A DNA stretch of 64,000 nucleotides from Eledone cirrhosa (lineage: Eukaryota), in contig OZ024749.1 of the NCBI GenBank assembly GCA_964016885.1, positions 20,026,001 to 20,090,000 on the forward strand. The letters are read 5' to 3'. Of this stretch, positions 1 to 10,918 are shown one piece after another. The translations under genes and the position numbers were made by a program. Within the stretch, counting starts at the first letter, position 1. Each line of letters opens with the position of its first letter. The notes beneath the pieces are model-generated. The model searched no databases. It was not told the DNA's origin and worked only from the letters and a program-made list of their open reading frames with translations.

Positions 1-69
1 AACCAACTTTCCCCTCCTCTCAAAAACTGTGCTCCTTATGCTTATGTTAGAAATCATTATTATTATTAT

Positions 70-1060
70 TGTTCTTTGAGTCTCAGTCATTGATGTTAGT
101 TAACTGGAAAGTTTGTTGCAATGAATATCAAGCCACTACCTGCAGCCTCAGATATTCAGGACGTATCGGAGGGTTCTTGCTGTTCCCAGCAAGCATGAAT
201 TTTGAAGCGTTCCAAAAAGCGTGGCGGAGCCAATTTTCTTTAACCATCCCTGGAAACTTTTTGAGATAGTACCTAGTGCGCCTATACAATCGGGACCACT
301 TTGACTTCATGGCAGTTCCAAACCCTTTTTACCTCCCACTTTAAGTCCTGGTATCGGTTAATTTTCTCCCTCTCCTTCTCTTGCATTCTCGTGTGGAATG
401 GGCAGGCCACATCCACAATCAGGCACAATCTTTTTTCTTTGTCAAAAACCACCAGGTCAGGTCTATTGTGTTCCAGTTTCTTGTCCGTCTGTATCCTAAA
501 ATCCCACAGCACCTACACCTGATCGTTTTCTATCACCGACTCTGGCTTATGCTCATACCACTTCTCAGAATGTGGTAAATTGTTTACTTTGCATAGGTGC
601 CAGTGGATCACCCTGCCCATCACATCATGTCTCCAGCCCTTATAGTGAGTCTGGGCTAGGTGTTTACACTCGGATACAATGTGAGCCACAGTCTCCTCTC
701 TCTCTCCACAGATCCTGCACAGTGGGCTAGCCTACTCCTTGTAAATATGGTGTTTCAACCACTTCGTTTTGAGGGCCTGCTCTTGCATGGCCATTAGCAT
801 TCCTTCTGTAGCCTTTTTAAGGTCTCCTCTTTTCAACCAGTTCCATGTCTGAATTCAGTTTTCTCAAAGAAGGTACTATGAAGAGATTTTTCATGAAGGC
901 TGCTCTTTCTCCTTCTTGTTATTTCCTCCCTGGACATCCCCTGGTCTATTGTCCTCTCCTTCAGTACAGTTCTGAGCATTGGCTCCTTACTATCAGTCAC
1001 GTATTTGTGTAGGTTGTTTTTCTCCATCTGAACACAATCCTCTATGCTGATAAGACCTCT
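70..1060 (-). mobile_element. 5'-truncated, degenerate R4/Dong-like non-LTR retrotransposon (restriction-like endonuclease clade), C-terminal part
   Basis: Minus-strand translation gives a CCHC-type motif (CRICGEREETVAHIVSEC), then LWDFRIQTDKKLEHNRPDLVVFDK...IVDVACP...EKINRYQDL...VVPIV (PD..D RLE domain). Both ends abut (TAA/ATT)n tracts, the known Dong target. Confidence 0.8.
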
Positions 1061-1082
1061 TATTATTATTATTATTATTATA

Positions 1083-1275
1083 AGGGTGGTGGATTGGCAG
1101 TATTGGTAGAGGGTCGGACGCCATGCTTTGACGTATAGAGTTACGGCCCTTTCCATTCTGAGTTTAAATCCTGCCGAGGTTAACTTTGCTTTTCATCCTT
1201 ACGGGGTCGATAAAATAAAGTACCAGTAATACACTGGGATAATTGCTGGCCTTGTGCCAAAAGTAGAAACAATTA
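1083..1275 (+). mobile_element. tRNA-derived SINE family A (representative copy)
   Basis: Head with A-box-like TGGCAG..TTGGT and B-box-like GAGTT(C/T)AAATCC, then GCCTTTCATCCTTACGGGGTCGATAAAATAAAGTACCAG (resembles the Meta/MESC SINE domain, from memory) and an ATT tail. Other copies lie near 5891, 8645(-), 14935, 15469, 34200, 37967(-), 39850(-), 40090(-), 45497(-), 47010-47440(-), 51117-51730, 53560, 58650, 60905(-), 63680 and 63890. Confidence 0.85.
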
Positions 1276-1423
1276 TTATTATTATTGTTGTCCCCTAACC
1301 TGACTACCTTCCCCACCCCACTGTTGTATGTTTTCTCACATTAAAGGATTTGTTGTTTGACATTTAGACAGTGGTGGCCGTGGTAGGAGAGGGTGAAACC
1401 CTAGAGATAACATGTTCAATGGT

Positions 1424-3960
1424 TTTCTCTCTCTCCCTCTTTCCTGCTCTCTCTCCCTCTCTCTCTTTTTCATGCTTTCTCTCTTTCTCCCTCTCTCTCT
1501 CTCTCTTTCCCATGCTTTCTCTCATGCTTTCTTTCTTTCTCTCTCTCATGCTCTATCTCTCTCATGCTTTCTCTCTCATTCTCTCTCTCTCTCTCTCTCA
1601 TTTCATCTCTCTCTCTCATGCTCTCTCCCTCTCATGCTCTCTCTCTCTCTCATGCTCTCTCGCTCTTTCATGCTCTCTCATACACTCTCTTACATTCTCT
1701 CTCTCCTCTTCTCTTTCTTTGTTTTTGGTAGTGGTTGTGGTGGGAGGTAAAGTTAGATGGAGGAAGAGCAGTGGTATTTGTAGAGTTGTTATTGAGGGTG
1801 GTGATGTTTTGGTTGGTAGAGGTGGGGGGGGGTATTGGTAGTGGTGTTGATGGTGGTGGTGTTGGTGGTGGTGGTGTTGGTGGTGGTGTTGGTGGCGGTG
1901 GTGTTGGTATTGGTGGTGTTGGTAGTGGTGTTGGTGGTGGTGGTGACAGTGGCGGTGGTGTTGGTATTGGTGGTGTTGGTAATGGTGTTGGTGGTGGTGG
2001 CAGTGGTGTTGGTATTGGTGGTGTTGGTGGCGGTGGTGTTGGTATTGGTGGTGTTGGTAGTGGTGTTGGTGGTGGTGGTGGCAGTGGTGTTGGTATTGGT
2101 GGTGTTAGTAGTGGTGTTGGTGGTGGTGGTGTTGGTGGTGGCGGTGGTGTTGGTATCGGTGGTGTTGGTGTTGGTATTGGTGTTGGTGGTGGTGGTGGTG
2201 GCAGTGGTGTTTGTATTGGTGGTGTTGGTAGTGGTGGTGTTGGTGGCGGTGGTGTTGGTATTGGTAGCGGTGGTGTTGGTATTGGTAGTGGTGGTGTTGG
2301 TGGTGGTGGCAGCATTGGTGGTGGTGTTGAAAGTGGTGATGGTGGTGGTGCCAGTGGTGGTGTTGGTGATGGTGGTGGTATTGTTAGTTGTGGTGGTGGT
2401 ATTGGTGGTGGTGGTGTTAGCGTTGGTAGTGGTGGTGTCTGTGGTGGTGGTGGTGGTGTTGGAAGTGGTGGTGGTGGTGATGGTGGTGGTGGTGATAGTG
2501 GTGTTGGTGTTGTTATTGGTAGTGTTGGTGGTGGTGGTATTGGTGGGGGTGATGGTGGTGGTGGTGGTAGTGGTGGAGTGAGGCAGTAGTAGTGATGGTG
2601 GTAGTGGTGGAGTGAGGCAGTAGTAGTGATGGTGGTAGTGGTGGAGTGAGGCAGTAGTAGTGATAGTGGTATTAGTGGTGGTGGCGGTGGTAGTGGTGGA
2701 GTGAGGCAGTAGTAGTGATGGTGGTATAGGTGGTGGAGTGAGGCAGTAGTAGTGATGGTGGTATAGGTGGTGGTGGTAGTGGTGGAGTGAGGCAGTAGTA
2801 GTGATGGTAGTATAGGTGGTGGTGGTAGTGGTGGAGTGAGGCAGTAGTAGTGATGGTGGTATAGGTGGTGGTGGTAGTGGTAGAGTGAGGCAGTAGTAGT
2901 GATGGTGGTATAGGTGGTAGTGGTAGAGTGAGGCAGTAGTAGTGATGGTGGTATAGGTGGTGGTGGTAGTGGTGGAGTGAGGCAGTAGTAGTGATGGTGG
3001 TATAGGTGGTGGTGGTAGTGGTAGAGTGAGGCAGTAGTAGTGATGGTGGTATAGGTGGTGGTGGTAGTGGTAGAGTGAGGCAGTAGTAGTGATGGTGGTA
3101 TAGGTGGTGGTGGTAGTGGTGGAGTGAGGCAGTAGTAGTGATGGTGGTATAGGTGGTGGTGGTAGTGGTGGAGTGAGGCAGTAGTAGTGATGGAGTTGGA
3201 GTGAGGTGTTGTTGGTGTTGGTGGTAGTGGTGGTATTGGTGGTAGTGGTGGTATTGGTGGAGTGAAGTATTGGTGGTGGTAGTAGTGGTGGTGGTGTTTG
3301 TGGTGTTGGTGGAGTGAGGTATTGGTGGTAGTAGTGGTGGTGGTGTTGGCAGTAGGGGTGGTGTTTGTAGTGGTGGTGTTGGTGGATTAAGGTATTGGTG
3401 GTGGTGGTGTTGGCAGTAGGGGTGGTATTGGTGATGCTTGTGTTGGTGGTGTTAGCAGTAGGGGTGGTAGTAGTGGTGGTGGTGTTGGCAAAAATCTCTA
3501 TTTCCCCCTCACTCTCCCATCCCTCTCTCTCTTCCACCCCTCTCTATTTTCCTTGTCTTCCACTTTCCTTTCCCTTCTCTCTACTCATACCTCTCTCTCT
3601 CTCTATTTCACCGTTCCCTCTCTCCCTCTCTCTTTATCTCCCTCTGCCCCTCTCCTAGTTCACCATGTCTCTCTCTCCCCCTCTCTTTATCCCCCTCTCT
3701 CTCTCTCCATCTATCTCTGTCTCCCTCCCTCTCCTAGTTCACCTTGTCCCTCTCTCCATCTCTCTCTTTATCTGCCCACCCCCTCTCTCCATCTATCTCT
3801 GTCTCTCTCCCCACCACTCCACATACCATTCTAGCAAGTGTTTTCAGCTGCAATATTTCCTCATTCCACTCCTACACCCCTCACCCCCACATCATCCCAA
3901 CTTCACTCCCCTCTTCTCCTACCCTCCCACATTCTCTTCTGCCTCTTAATGTGGTGATGG
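1424..3960. repeat. Compound low-complexity block: (CT)n, (GGT/GTT)n, a roughly 49-bp GGAGTGAGGCAGTAGTAGTGATGG.. minisatellite (2575-3190) and a CT-rich tail
   Basis: Direct reading; it explains the poly-P/T/G/V ORFs. Confidence 0.95.
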
Positions 3961-4036
3961 AGGGGGGGAGGGGGGGCTTTGAAATGTTTCCTGTACTTTT
4001 AGGTGTTGTTGTTGTTTACTATATATGTCTGTTGTT

Positions 4037-4074
<38 letters not shown>

Positions 4075-4169
4075 CACATACGCACACACATAGTAAAGAT
4101 GTATGCGGGGGGGGGGGGGGGATGTGTGAGGTGAATAAAAAGAAAAAAACGATTTATCTTCCTCATCAG

Positions 4170-4300
4170 CCACCCCATGGGCAATGCAGTTATGTGCACA
4201 AGGGTGGATTGCATGATATGAAGCCCAGGTTGCGTGACATCCAAGAAGAACAAGTCACCGGAAAGATGCATATGAGACAAAGCAACAACATAAGACATCG
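4170..4300 (+). CDS. Candidate internal coding exon of an unidentified gene (PPHGQCSYVHKGGLHDMKPRLRDIQEEQVTGKMHMRQSNNIRHR)
   Basis: Unique sequence bounded by acceptor tttatcttcctcatcAG and donor cg|GTatgt; only one of three frames is open. No family recognised. Confidence 0.35.
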
Positions 4301-4623
4301 GTATGTTTTGCTTGATGCAATGTCTATCAAACACATATCCATCATCATCATCATCAACATCATCATCATCATCATTATTATCATCATTTTTATGTCCGTT
4401 TTTACACGCTTGCATAGGTTGGATGGATCATTTGCAGCATGGCATCTCTCCACTCGTGTTATTTCATCATCTCCTCTGTGACTTAAGGTCAGCTCTCAAC
4501 ACATCAGCCCAGGTCTTTCCACTGGCATTTCAAAGCACTTCTTCACCCATTGATCATTGACCATGCACATCACATGTCCAAACCAACGCAGTCTTCTCTC
4601 CTGTACACCACTTCAGATTTCTC

Positions 4624-5040
4624 TTAACCCTTTAGCATTTACATTACTCTATATTTACTATTGTATTTTCACGGTAAAGGCTTTATCTCACATAATATCG
4701 AATCTATGAGATTTTGATATTATTTATTTGTAGTTTAACCCTTTAGCATTTAAATCGGCCATATCTGGCCAGAATTCTCTCACCTCTTTCTGTTCCAACT
4801 GGCTGTAACCAGCCACTCATATGATGTTAAGATATTGTTCTCAAAATAAATAATATCAAAATCTATAGAGACGATATAATGTGAGATAAAGCCTTTAGCG
4901 TGAAAATATAATAGTAAATATAGAGTAAATGGTAAAGGGTTAAACTACACGATATGAGTGGACGGTTACAGCCAGTTTGAACAGAAAGGGTGAGAGAATT
5001 CTGGCCAGATACGGCCGGTTTAAATGCTAAAGGGTTAAAC
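4624..5040. mobile_element. Cluster of piggyBac-type MITEs inserted in an RTE 3' fragment
   Basis: TTAA|CCCTTTAGCATTTA ... TAAATGCTAAAGGG|TTAA termini. Other copies lie near 35540, 36006-36234, 49384-49673, 53229-53400, 54840-55016, 55831-56043 and 58494-59047. Confidence 0.85.
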
Positions 5041-5360
5041 CCAGCTTCTCCCTCAGTTCATCCAAGCTCTGCCTTTCACACTAATATGATTAATAGATTT
5101 GAATAAAATCAGCGATATAACGATATAGAGATGGAAACTGTGAACAAAATCACCAGTGGGAATTGAACGGTGACACTGCTGTTTACTGGAAGTCTGTGTT
5201 ATCTGATTCTGTTCCATTTTTTTCTCTCCCAAGATGTTACATCTCTGATCTTATTCAACTATAGTTTCATGTGTTTTGTGGTAGGCTTTGGATCAAGTAA
5301 AAAAATGTTCTCTTCAATATCAATCTTACTACACACTCCCTAAACTTTACATTATATTTA

Positions 5361-5458
5361 CAGGGTGTCCCCCAAAAATGTATACACACTTTGATTACAT
5401 CTACAGGCAATATTTATTAGAATGCTGTTGAAGTATGTATACATTTTGGGGGACACCT

Positions 5459-5460
<2 letters not shown>
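5361..5460. mobile_element. Tc1/mariner-type MITE
   Basis: TA|CAGGGTGTCCCCCAAAAATGTATAC ... GTATACATTTTGGGGGACACCTTG|TA. Confidence 0.8.
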
Positions 5461-5521
<61 letters not shown>

Positions 5522-5578
5522 GGAATAGAATGAAACAAAATTTCATTTCTCACTCTTAGTACGGCACTTACTTAAATG

Positions 5579-5852
5579 TAAGTATGTATGTATACGTACA
5601 TACATATATGTATACAGACGTACAGTAGCATGTATATATATACATACAGGCACACATATATATATGCACGTATCACTGTACGGCGTAATTCAGGCTGTTT
5701 GTTTGTTTACAAACGAACAAACCGAGCATTACGAGCATTATAATAAATGTTCGGTAAACTGATACGTGCATATATATATGTGTGCCTGTATGTATATATA
5801 TACATGCTACTGTACGTCTGTATACATATATGTATGTACGTATACATACATA

Positions 5853-5856
<4 letters not shown>
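5579..5856. repeat. 97-bp inverted repeat with 84-bp spacer
   Basis: Arms 5579-5675 and 5760-5856 are reverse complements by eye. Confidence 0.9.
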
Positions 5857-5893
<37 letters not shown>

Positions 5894-6096
5894 GCTGTGG
5901 ATTGGCAGTATCGGTGAAATGGTGGACACCATGCTTTGCAGCATAGAGTTACATCCCTTTACATTCTGAGTTGAAATCCTGCTGAGATTAGTTTTATCTT
6001 TCATCTTTCCGGGGTTGTTAAAATAAAGTACCAGTAACACATTGAGGTTGATTTAATTAGTTTTTCCCTTCCCTTCAAATTGCTCTCACTTTCTCA

Positions 6097-6179
<83 letters not shown>

Positions 6180-6291
6180 CGGTGTACATGAAAGAATATA
6201 TGATATATTTATCTATAATAAACATATGAGCGTCTCGTATGAATGTTTTAAGCTGTGATCATGTGTCACAGCTATCTCTGTGGACGGTGAG

Positions 6292-6338
6292 AATATCAGA
6301 CAGCTGTTTTGTAGTTCTTATCCTTCATCAGTGACATT
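6292..6338 (-). ncRNA. Degenerate type I hammerhead ribozyme motif
   Basis: ATGTCA-CTGATGA-(weak stem II)-aAAA-CAGCTG-TC-TGATAT. Stem I and palindromic stem III are intact; G12 is mutated to A. Confidence 0.5.
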
Positions 6339-7516
6339 TACTTACTAAGTACTGAGACAATCTGAAGGTCCATGGCTTTGTGGTTAGGGTATTCAGTTCA
6401 AGATCATAAGGTTGTGACTTTGATTCCCAGCGGCATGCTGTGTCCTTGAACGAGACACTTTATTTCATGTTGCTCCAGTCCACACAGCTGGCAAAAATTC
6501 AAAGGGCCAATACTGTGTCATGCTGAATCTCCCTGATAACTATGTTATGAGTATGCATGTTTGTGGAATGCTCAGCCACTTACACGTTAATTTCATGAGC
6601 AGGTTGTTCCATTGATTGTATCAATTGGAGCACTCATCATCATAATCAATGATGTACCTCTACTAAAGCGATAATGGACTAAAGGATATATGGGTTTTAC
6701 ATATAAAACATCGGCTGGATATGCTCATTTACATATAGTGCAAATAAAACATTGGCTAGAGATTGCTCATTTGCATATAGTGTGAACTTAACTGGCTAGG
6801 ATTAATTAGCAGTAGCACCTAAAATGGCATGGTTCATAAAAGGGTGGTGGTTATAAATGAAAGAATATATATATATAGTGGTATCATCATCATCATCATC
6901 ATCGTTTCATGTCCATCTTCCACGCTAGCATGGGTTTGGATGGGAATTTTCCCACTTGAGGCAAGATTGGTTGTCTTGCTCGCATAGGACTGTCTGGCGG
7001 GTTTTCTACGGCTGGATGCCCTTCCTAACACCAACCACGTTTACAGTGTGGACTGGGAGGTTTTTACCGTGTTGCCTACATGGCCACATTACAGCGTGGA
7101 CTGTGTGTTTTTTTGTTGAGACACCTACACGACCTCATTTATTTAGGACTGGATGCTGTGGTACCAACATAACTTTACATTGAAAGGGGGTGGTGTGGAT
7201 GGGGTGGGGGTAGTGGGACGGGGGTGTATTTTGGTAAGAGGTGCCTACTGACTGTAGGTTTCGCTTTGCACTTAGGCAAGGCGGGTCTTCTGTATTACTG
7301 GGTAGCGCCAAAGATCTCGGTCCAGTGACATTGTCTTGGAGAGGTGTAAGTGTGTGAGGTTGGAATTTATCAAGTCGTCTCAGGTTTTTCTGGGGCTGCC
7401 TACCATCTATTTTGATCGCCCTGCACTATGAAAGAATATATATATACATATCAGTAGTTCATAGAGTGCTCAACCGGCGTAGCACATATGGACGCATCCA
7501 AGCAACCTTACTACAA

Positions 7517-7550
<34 letters not shown>

Positions 7551-7575
7551 GTAGTGGTATACAAAAGAATATATA

Positions 7576-7915
7576 CAGTGATACCTCGCAGTACGAGTTT
7601 AATTCATTCCATAACCGAGCTCGTTTTTTACAAATCAATTTTCCCCATTGAAATTAATTAAAATATAAATAATCCATTCCAGCCCACCCAAAACCACCCA
7701 AAAATAATTTTTTATGGGTTTTATAACAGAAAAGGTGCAGTTACAAGGAAAATGACAATTATAAAAACATAACAAAAGACAATGCAAAAGAAATATGTAA
7801 ACTGGTTTTATTAATTGTATGAAACTCGCTCGGACTGCGGATTTCCAATTTGAATGAGCCTCAGCTTGTACAGCAAAATACTCGTACAATGGGGTTGTAC
7901 TGTTAGGTTCTACTG
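7576..7915. mobile_element. Tigger/pogo-like non-autonomous DNA transposon
   Basis: TA|CAGTGATACCT ... AGGTTCTACTG|TA termini. Confidence 0.65.
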
Positions 7916-7984
7916 TATATATATGGTGGCATATGAAATAATATATATGTCTGGTGGTATATAAAAGAATATATATATATATAT

Positions 7985-8407
7985 AAAGGTGCATGGCTTA
8001 GTGGTTAGAACATTGTGTTTGCAATTGAAAGGTTGTGAGTTCAATTCTCGAACTGGGTGATGTGTTGTTTCCTTGAGCAAGATACTTTATTTCACATTGC
8101 TCCAGTTTACTCAGCTGTAGAAATGAGATGATAGGACTGGAGTCCCTATCATTCCACTGCAAAGTGGTCTTGGAATTCCCATGGCAAAAAAGCACCCAGC
8201 CCACACTATAAAGTGGACGTGTAGGTACTCACTGTAAATGAGGTTGGCATTAGGAAGGGCATCCAGATGTAGAAATCAAGCCAAAATCAGTTCCTGTATG
8301 AGCAAGACAAGGTCAGCCGACCGGACACTGCTCACAACAGGACAACCCGTCTAACCCATGCATACGTGGAAGTACGGACATAAAATGGTGATGATGATGA
8401 TGATGAT
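7985..8407 (+). mobile_element. tRNA-derived SINE family B (CORE-like body, RTE-derived tail), representative copy
   Basis: Head with TGGCTTAGTGG (A box) and GAGTTCAATTC (B box), body CCTTGAGCAAGA(C)ACTTTATTTCACATTGCTCCAG, tail GGAAGGGCATCCAG...GGAC.TAAAA(TGA)n. Other copies lie near 6370, 16115, 20270(-), 22270-22612(-), 34330, 38287-38630 and 38690(-). Confidence 0.85.
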
Positions 8408-8884
8408 ATATATATATATATGTGTGTGGTAGTATATGAAAGAATATATACAGTATATATATATATGTGTGTGTGTGGTGGCATATGAAAGAATGAAAGA
8501 ATATATGTTAGTGGTCATATATAAAAGAATATATATATATATATATACGTGGTTGTATATGAAAGAATATATATGTTTATATACATGAAGAACAATTTGA
8601 ATTGGAAGATTTTATTGGAACTTCACCTAAATATAATAGTCTAATAATTGTTTCTACTTTAGACACAAGGCCAGCAATTTGAAGGGAAGGGGAAAGTCGA
8701 TTAAATCGACCCCAGTGCATTGCTGGTACTTTATTTATCAACCCCGTAAGGATGAAAGACAAAGCTAAGTTCAGCGGGATTTGAAGTCAGAACATAAAGG
8801 GACATAACTATATGCTGCAAAGCATGGTGTCCAATGCTCTTCCGATTATTGCCAATCCACCACCCTATAGTCTAATAATAACAA

Positions 8885-8977
8885 GGCGTTTAAACCCACT
8901 GGACGGGAAAAGATGGGTGTCAGCACACATGGGAGTTGATGCCCATTTTTCTTTCCCGTTCAGTGGGTTTATACGCC
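8885..8977 (+). other. 93-nt near-perfect hairpin (pre-miRNA-like, or a tiny MITE)
   Basis: GGCGTTTAAACCCACTGGACGGGAAAAGATGGGTGTCAGC / GTTGATGCCCATTTTTCTTTCCCGTTCAGTGGGTTTATACGCC. Confidence 0.7.
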
Positions 8978-9123
8978 CCATTATTAATAGATTGTTTTGT
9001 TTAGTCAAAGTTATGGCAAAATCTTCATATATATATATATATATATATATACATTATGAAGAGAGAAGAAACATTTAGATATAATTAGTAATAAAATGTA
9101 TCATACCTAAACTGTTCCTAAAT

Positions 9124-9211
9124 TCCTCGACTACGTAGTTTCGTGGCATAAACAAAAACAATATATCAAAGATATAGAGTCCTTGCGAGGTCTGCCGACT
9201 TATCAAGAGGA
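9124..9211 (-). ncRNA. Type I hammerhead ribozyme, U3-A8 core variant
   Basis: TCCTC-TTGATAA-GTCGGCA...TGCCAC-GAAA-CTACGTAG-TC-GAGGA. Confidence 0.8.
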
Positions 9212-10341
9212 TACCTCATTTTACTAGTCTCAAGAACGCGTCTACACGACGTGAGAAAGAATCCCAAAAGGCGGAGGGGGAGATAGTCACGCGATATAAC
9301 GGTCGAGAAACAGAGCTAAGCCTCTTATAACCACGAAGAAAATACCACGGAGGCGGAGGGGGTATTCATATCGAGGCCGCAGAAGAGGTAGTGAAGAAGG
9401 CGAGAAGTATGAGTAATGGAAGCTTTCCAGTTGTCCCCACACCTCAAAGATTGCTCGACCAGAGGGAGTTATTAATATATTTAGAAACACACAGATACAT
9501 GCGGACACACACATATATACATGAATGCATCCGCACCCAACTGTGAGTTAAGGGTGCCAACTTCACCGATGTTGCTCAATGAATGACTGGGACAGACCAA
9601 TTCAGTTTGAACTAGACTGAACCAGTATCAGAGTTAAAAATACATTATGAAGAGAGAAGAAACATTTAGATATAATTAGTAATAAAATGTATCATACCTA
9701 AACTGTTCCTAAATTCCTCGACTACGTAGTTTCGTGGCATAAACAAAAACAATATATCAAAGATATAGAGTCCTTGCGAGGACTCTATATCTTTGATATA
9801 TTGTTTTTGTTTATGCCACGAAACTACGTAGTCGAGGAATTTAGGAACAGTTTAGGTATGATACATTTTATTACTAATTATATCTAAATGTTTCTTCTCT
9901 CTTCATAATGTATTTTTAACTCTGATACTGGTTCAGTCTAGTTCAAACTGAATTGGTCTGTCCCAGTCATTCATTGAGCAACATCGGTGAAGTTGGCACC
10001 CTTAACTCACAGTTGGGTGCGGATGCATTCATGTATATATGTGTGTGTCCGCATGTATCTGTGTGTTTCTAAATATATTAATAACTCCCTCTGGTCGAGC
10101 AATCTTTGAGGTGTGGGGACAACTGGAAAGCTTCCATTACTCATACTTCTCGCCTTCTTCACTACCTCTTCTGCGGCCTCGATATGAATACCCCCTCCGC
10201 CTCCGTGGTATTTTCTTCGTGGTTATAAGAGGCTTAGCTCTGTTTCTCGACCGTTATATCGCGTGACTATCTCCCCCTCCGCCTTTTGGGATTCTTTCTC
10301 ACGTCGTGTAGACGCGTTCTTGAGACTAGTAAAATGAGGTA

Positions 10342-10429
10342 TCCTCTTGATAAGTCGGCAGACCTCGCAAGGACTCTATATCTTTGATATATTGTTTTTG
10401 TTTATGCCACGAAACTACGTAGTCGAGGA
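10342..10429 (+). ncRNA. Type I hammerhead ribozyme, U3-A8 core variant (mirror copy); predicted cleavage after C10424
   Basis: Stem I TCCTC/GAGGA; core TTGATAA and GAAA; stem II GT(C)GGCA/TGCCAC; palindromic stem III ACTACGTAGT; GUC triplet. Confidence 0.8.
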
Positions 10430-10660
10430 ATTTAGGAACAGTTTAGGTATGATACATTTTATTACTAATTATATCTAAATGTTTCTTCTCTCTTCATAAT
10501 GTATTTTTAACTCTGATACTGGTTCAGTCTAGTTCAAACCGAATTGGTCTGTCCCAGTCATTCATTGAGCAACATCGGTGAAGTTGGCACCCTTAACTCA
10601 CAGTTGGGTGCGGATGCATTCATGTATATATGTGTGTGTCCGCATGTATCTGTGTGTTTC

Positions 10661-10708
<48 letters not shown>

Positions 10709-10862
10709 GTAATATATATAGTCTATATAGTAATATATAGTAATATAATGTATATATAGTACATATATATATATATATATATAGTAATATAATAGTATAA
10801 TATATGTATATATATATAGTAATATATAGTAATATAATGTATATATATATACATATATAGTA

Positions 10863-10916
<54 letters not shown>

Positions 10917-10918
<2 letters not shown>

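Larger units (their letters stand above)
9050..10668. mobile_element. Fold-back element of a 591-bp hammerhead-containing unit (retrozyme or Penelope pLTR-like)
   Basis: Direct repeat with 591-bp period (9050/9641). Palindrome 9050-10503 is centred on CCT-TGCG-AGG (loop 9775-9778). Both ends fall in (TA)n. Confidence 0.85.

Noticed and set aside
1668-3537. Long Pro/Thr/Gly/Val-rich ORFs (extensin- or mucin-like)
   Set aside because: Open in several frames on both strands; a product of (GGT)n repeats.
9287-10266. Identical 75-aa ORFs on opposite strands
   Set aside because: A by-product of the palindrome; no recognisable domain.
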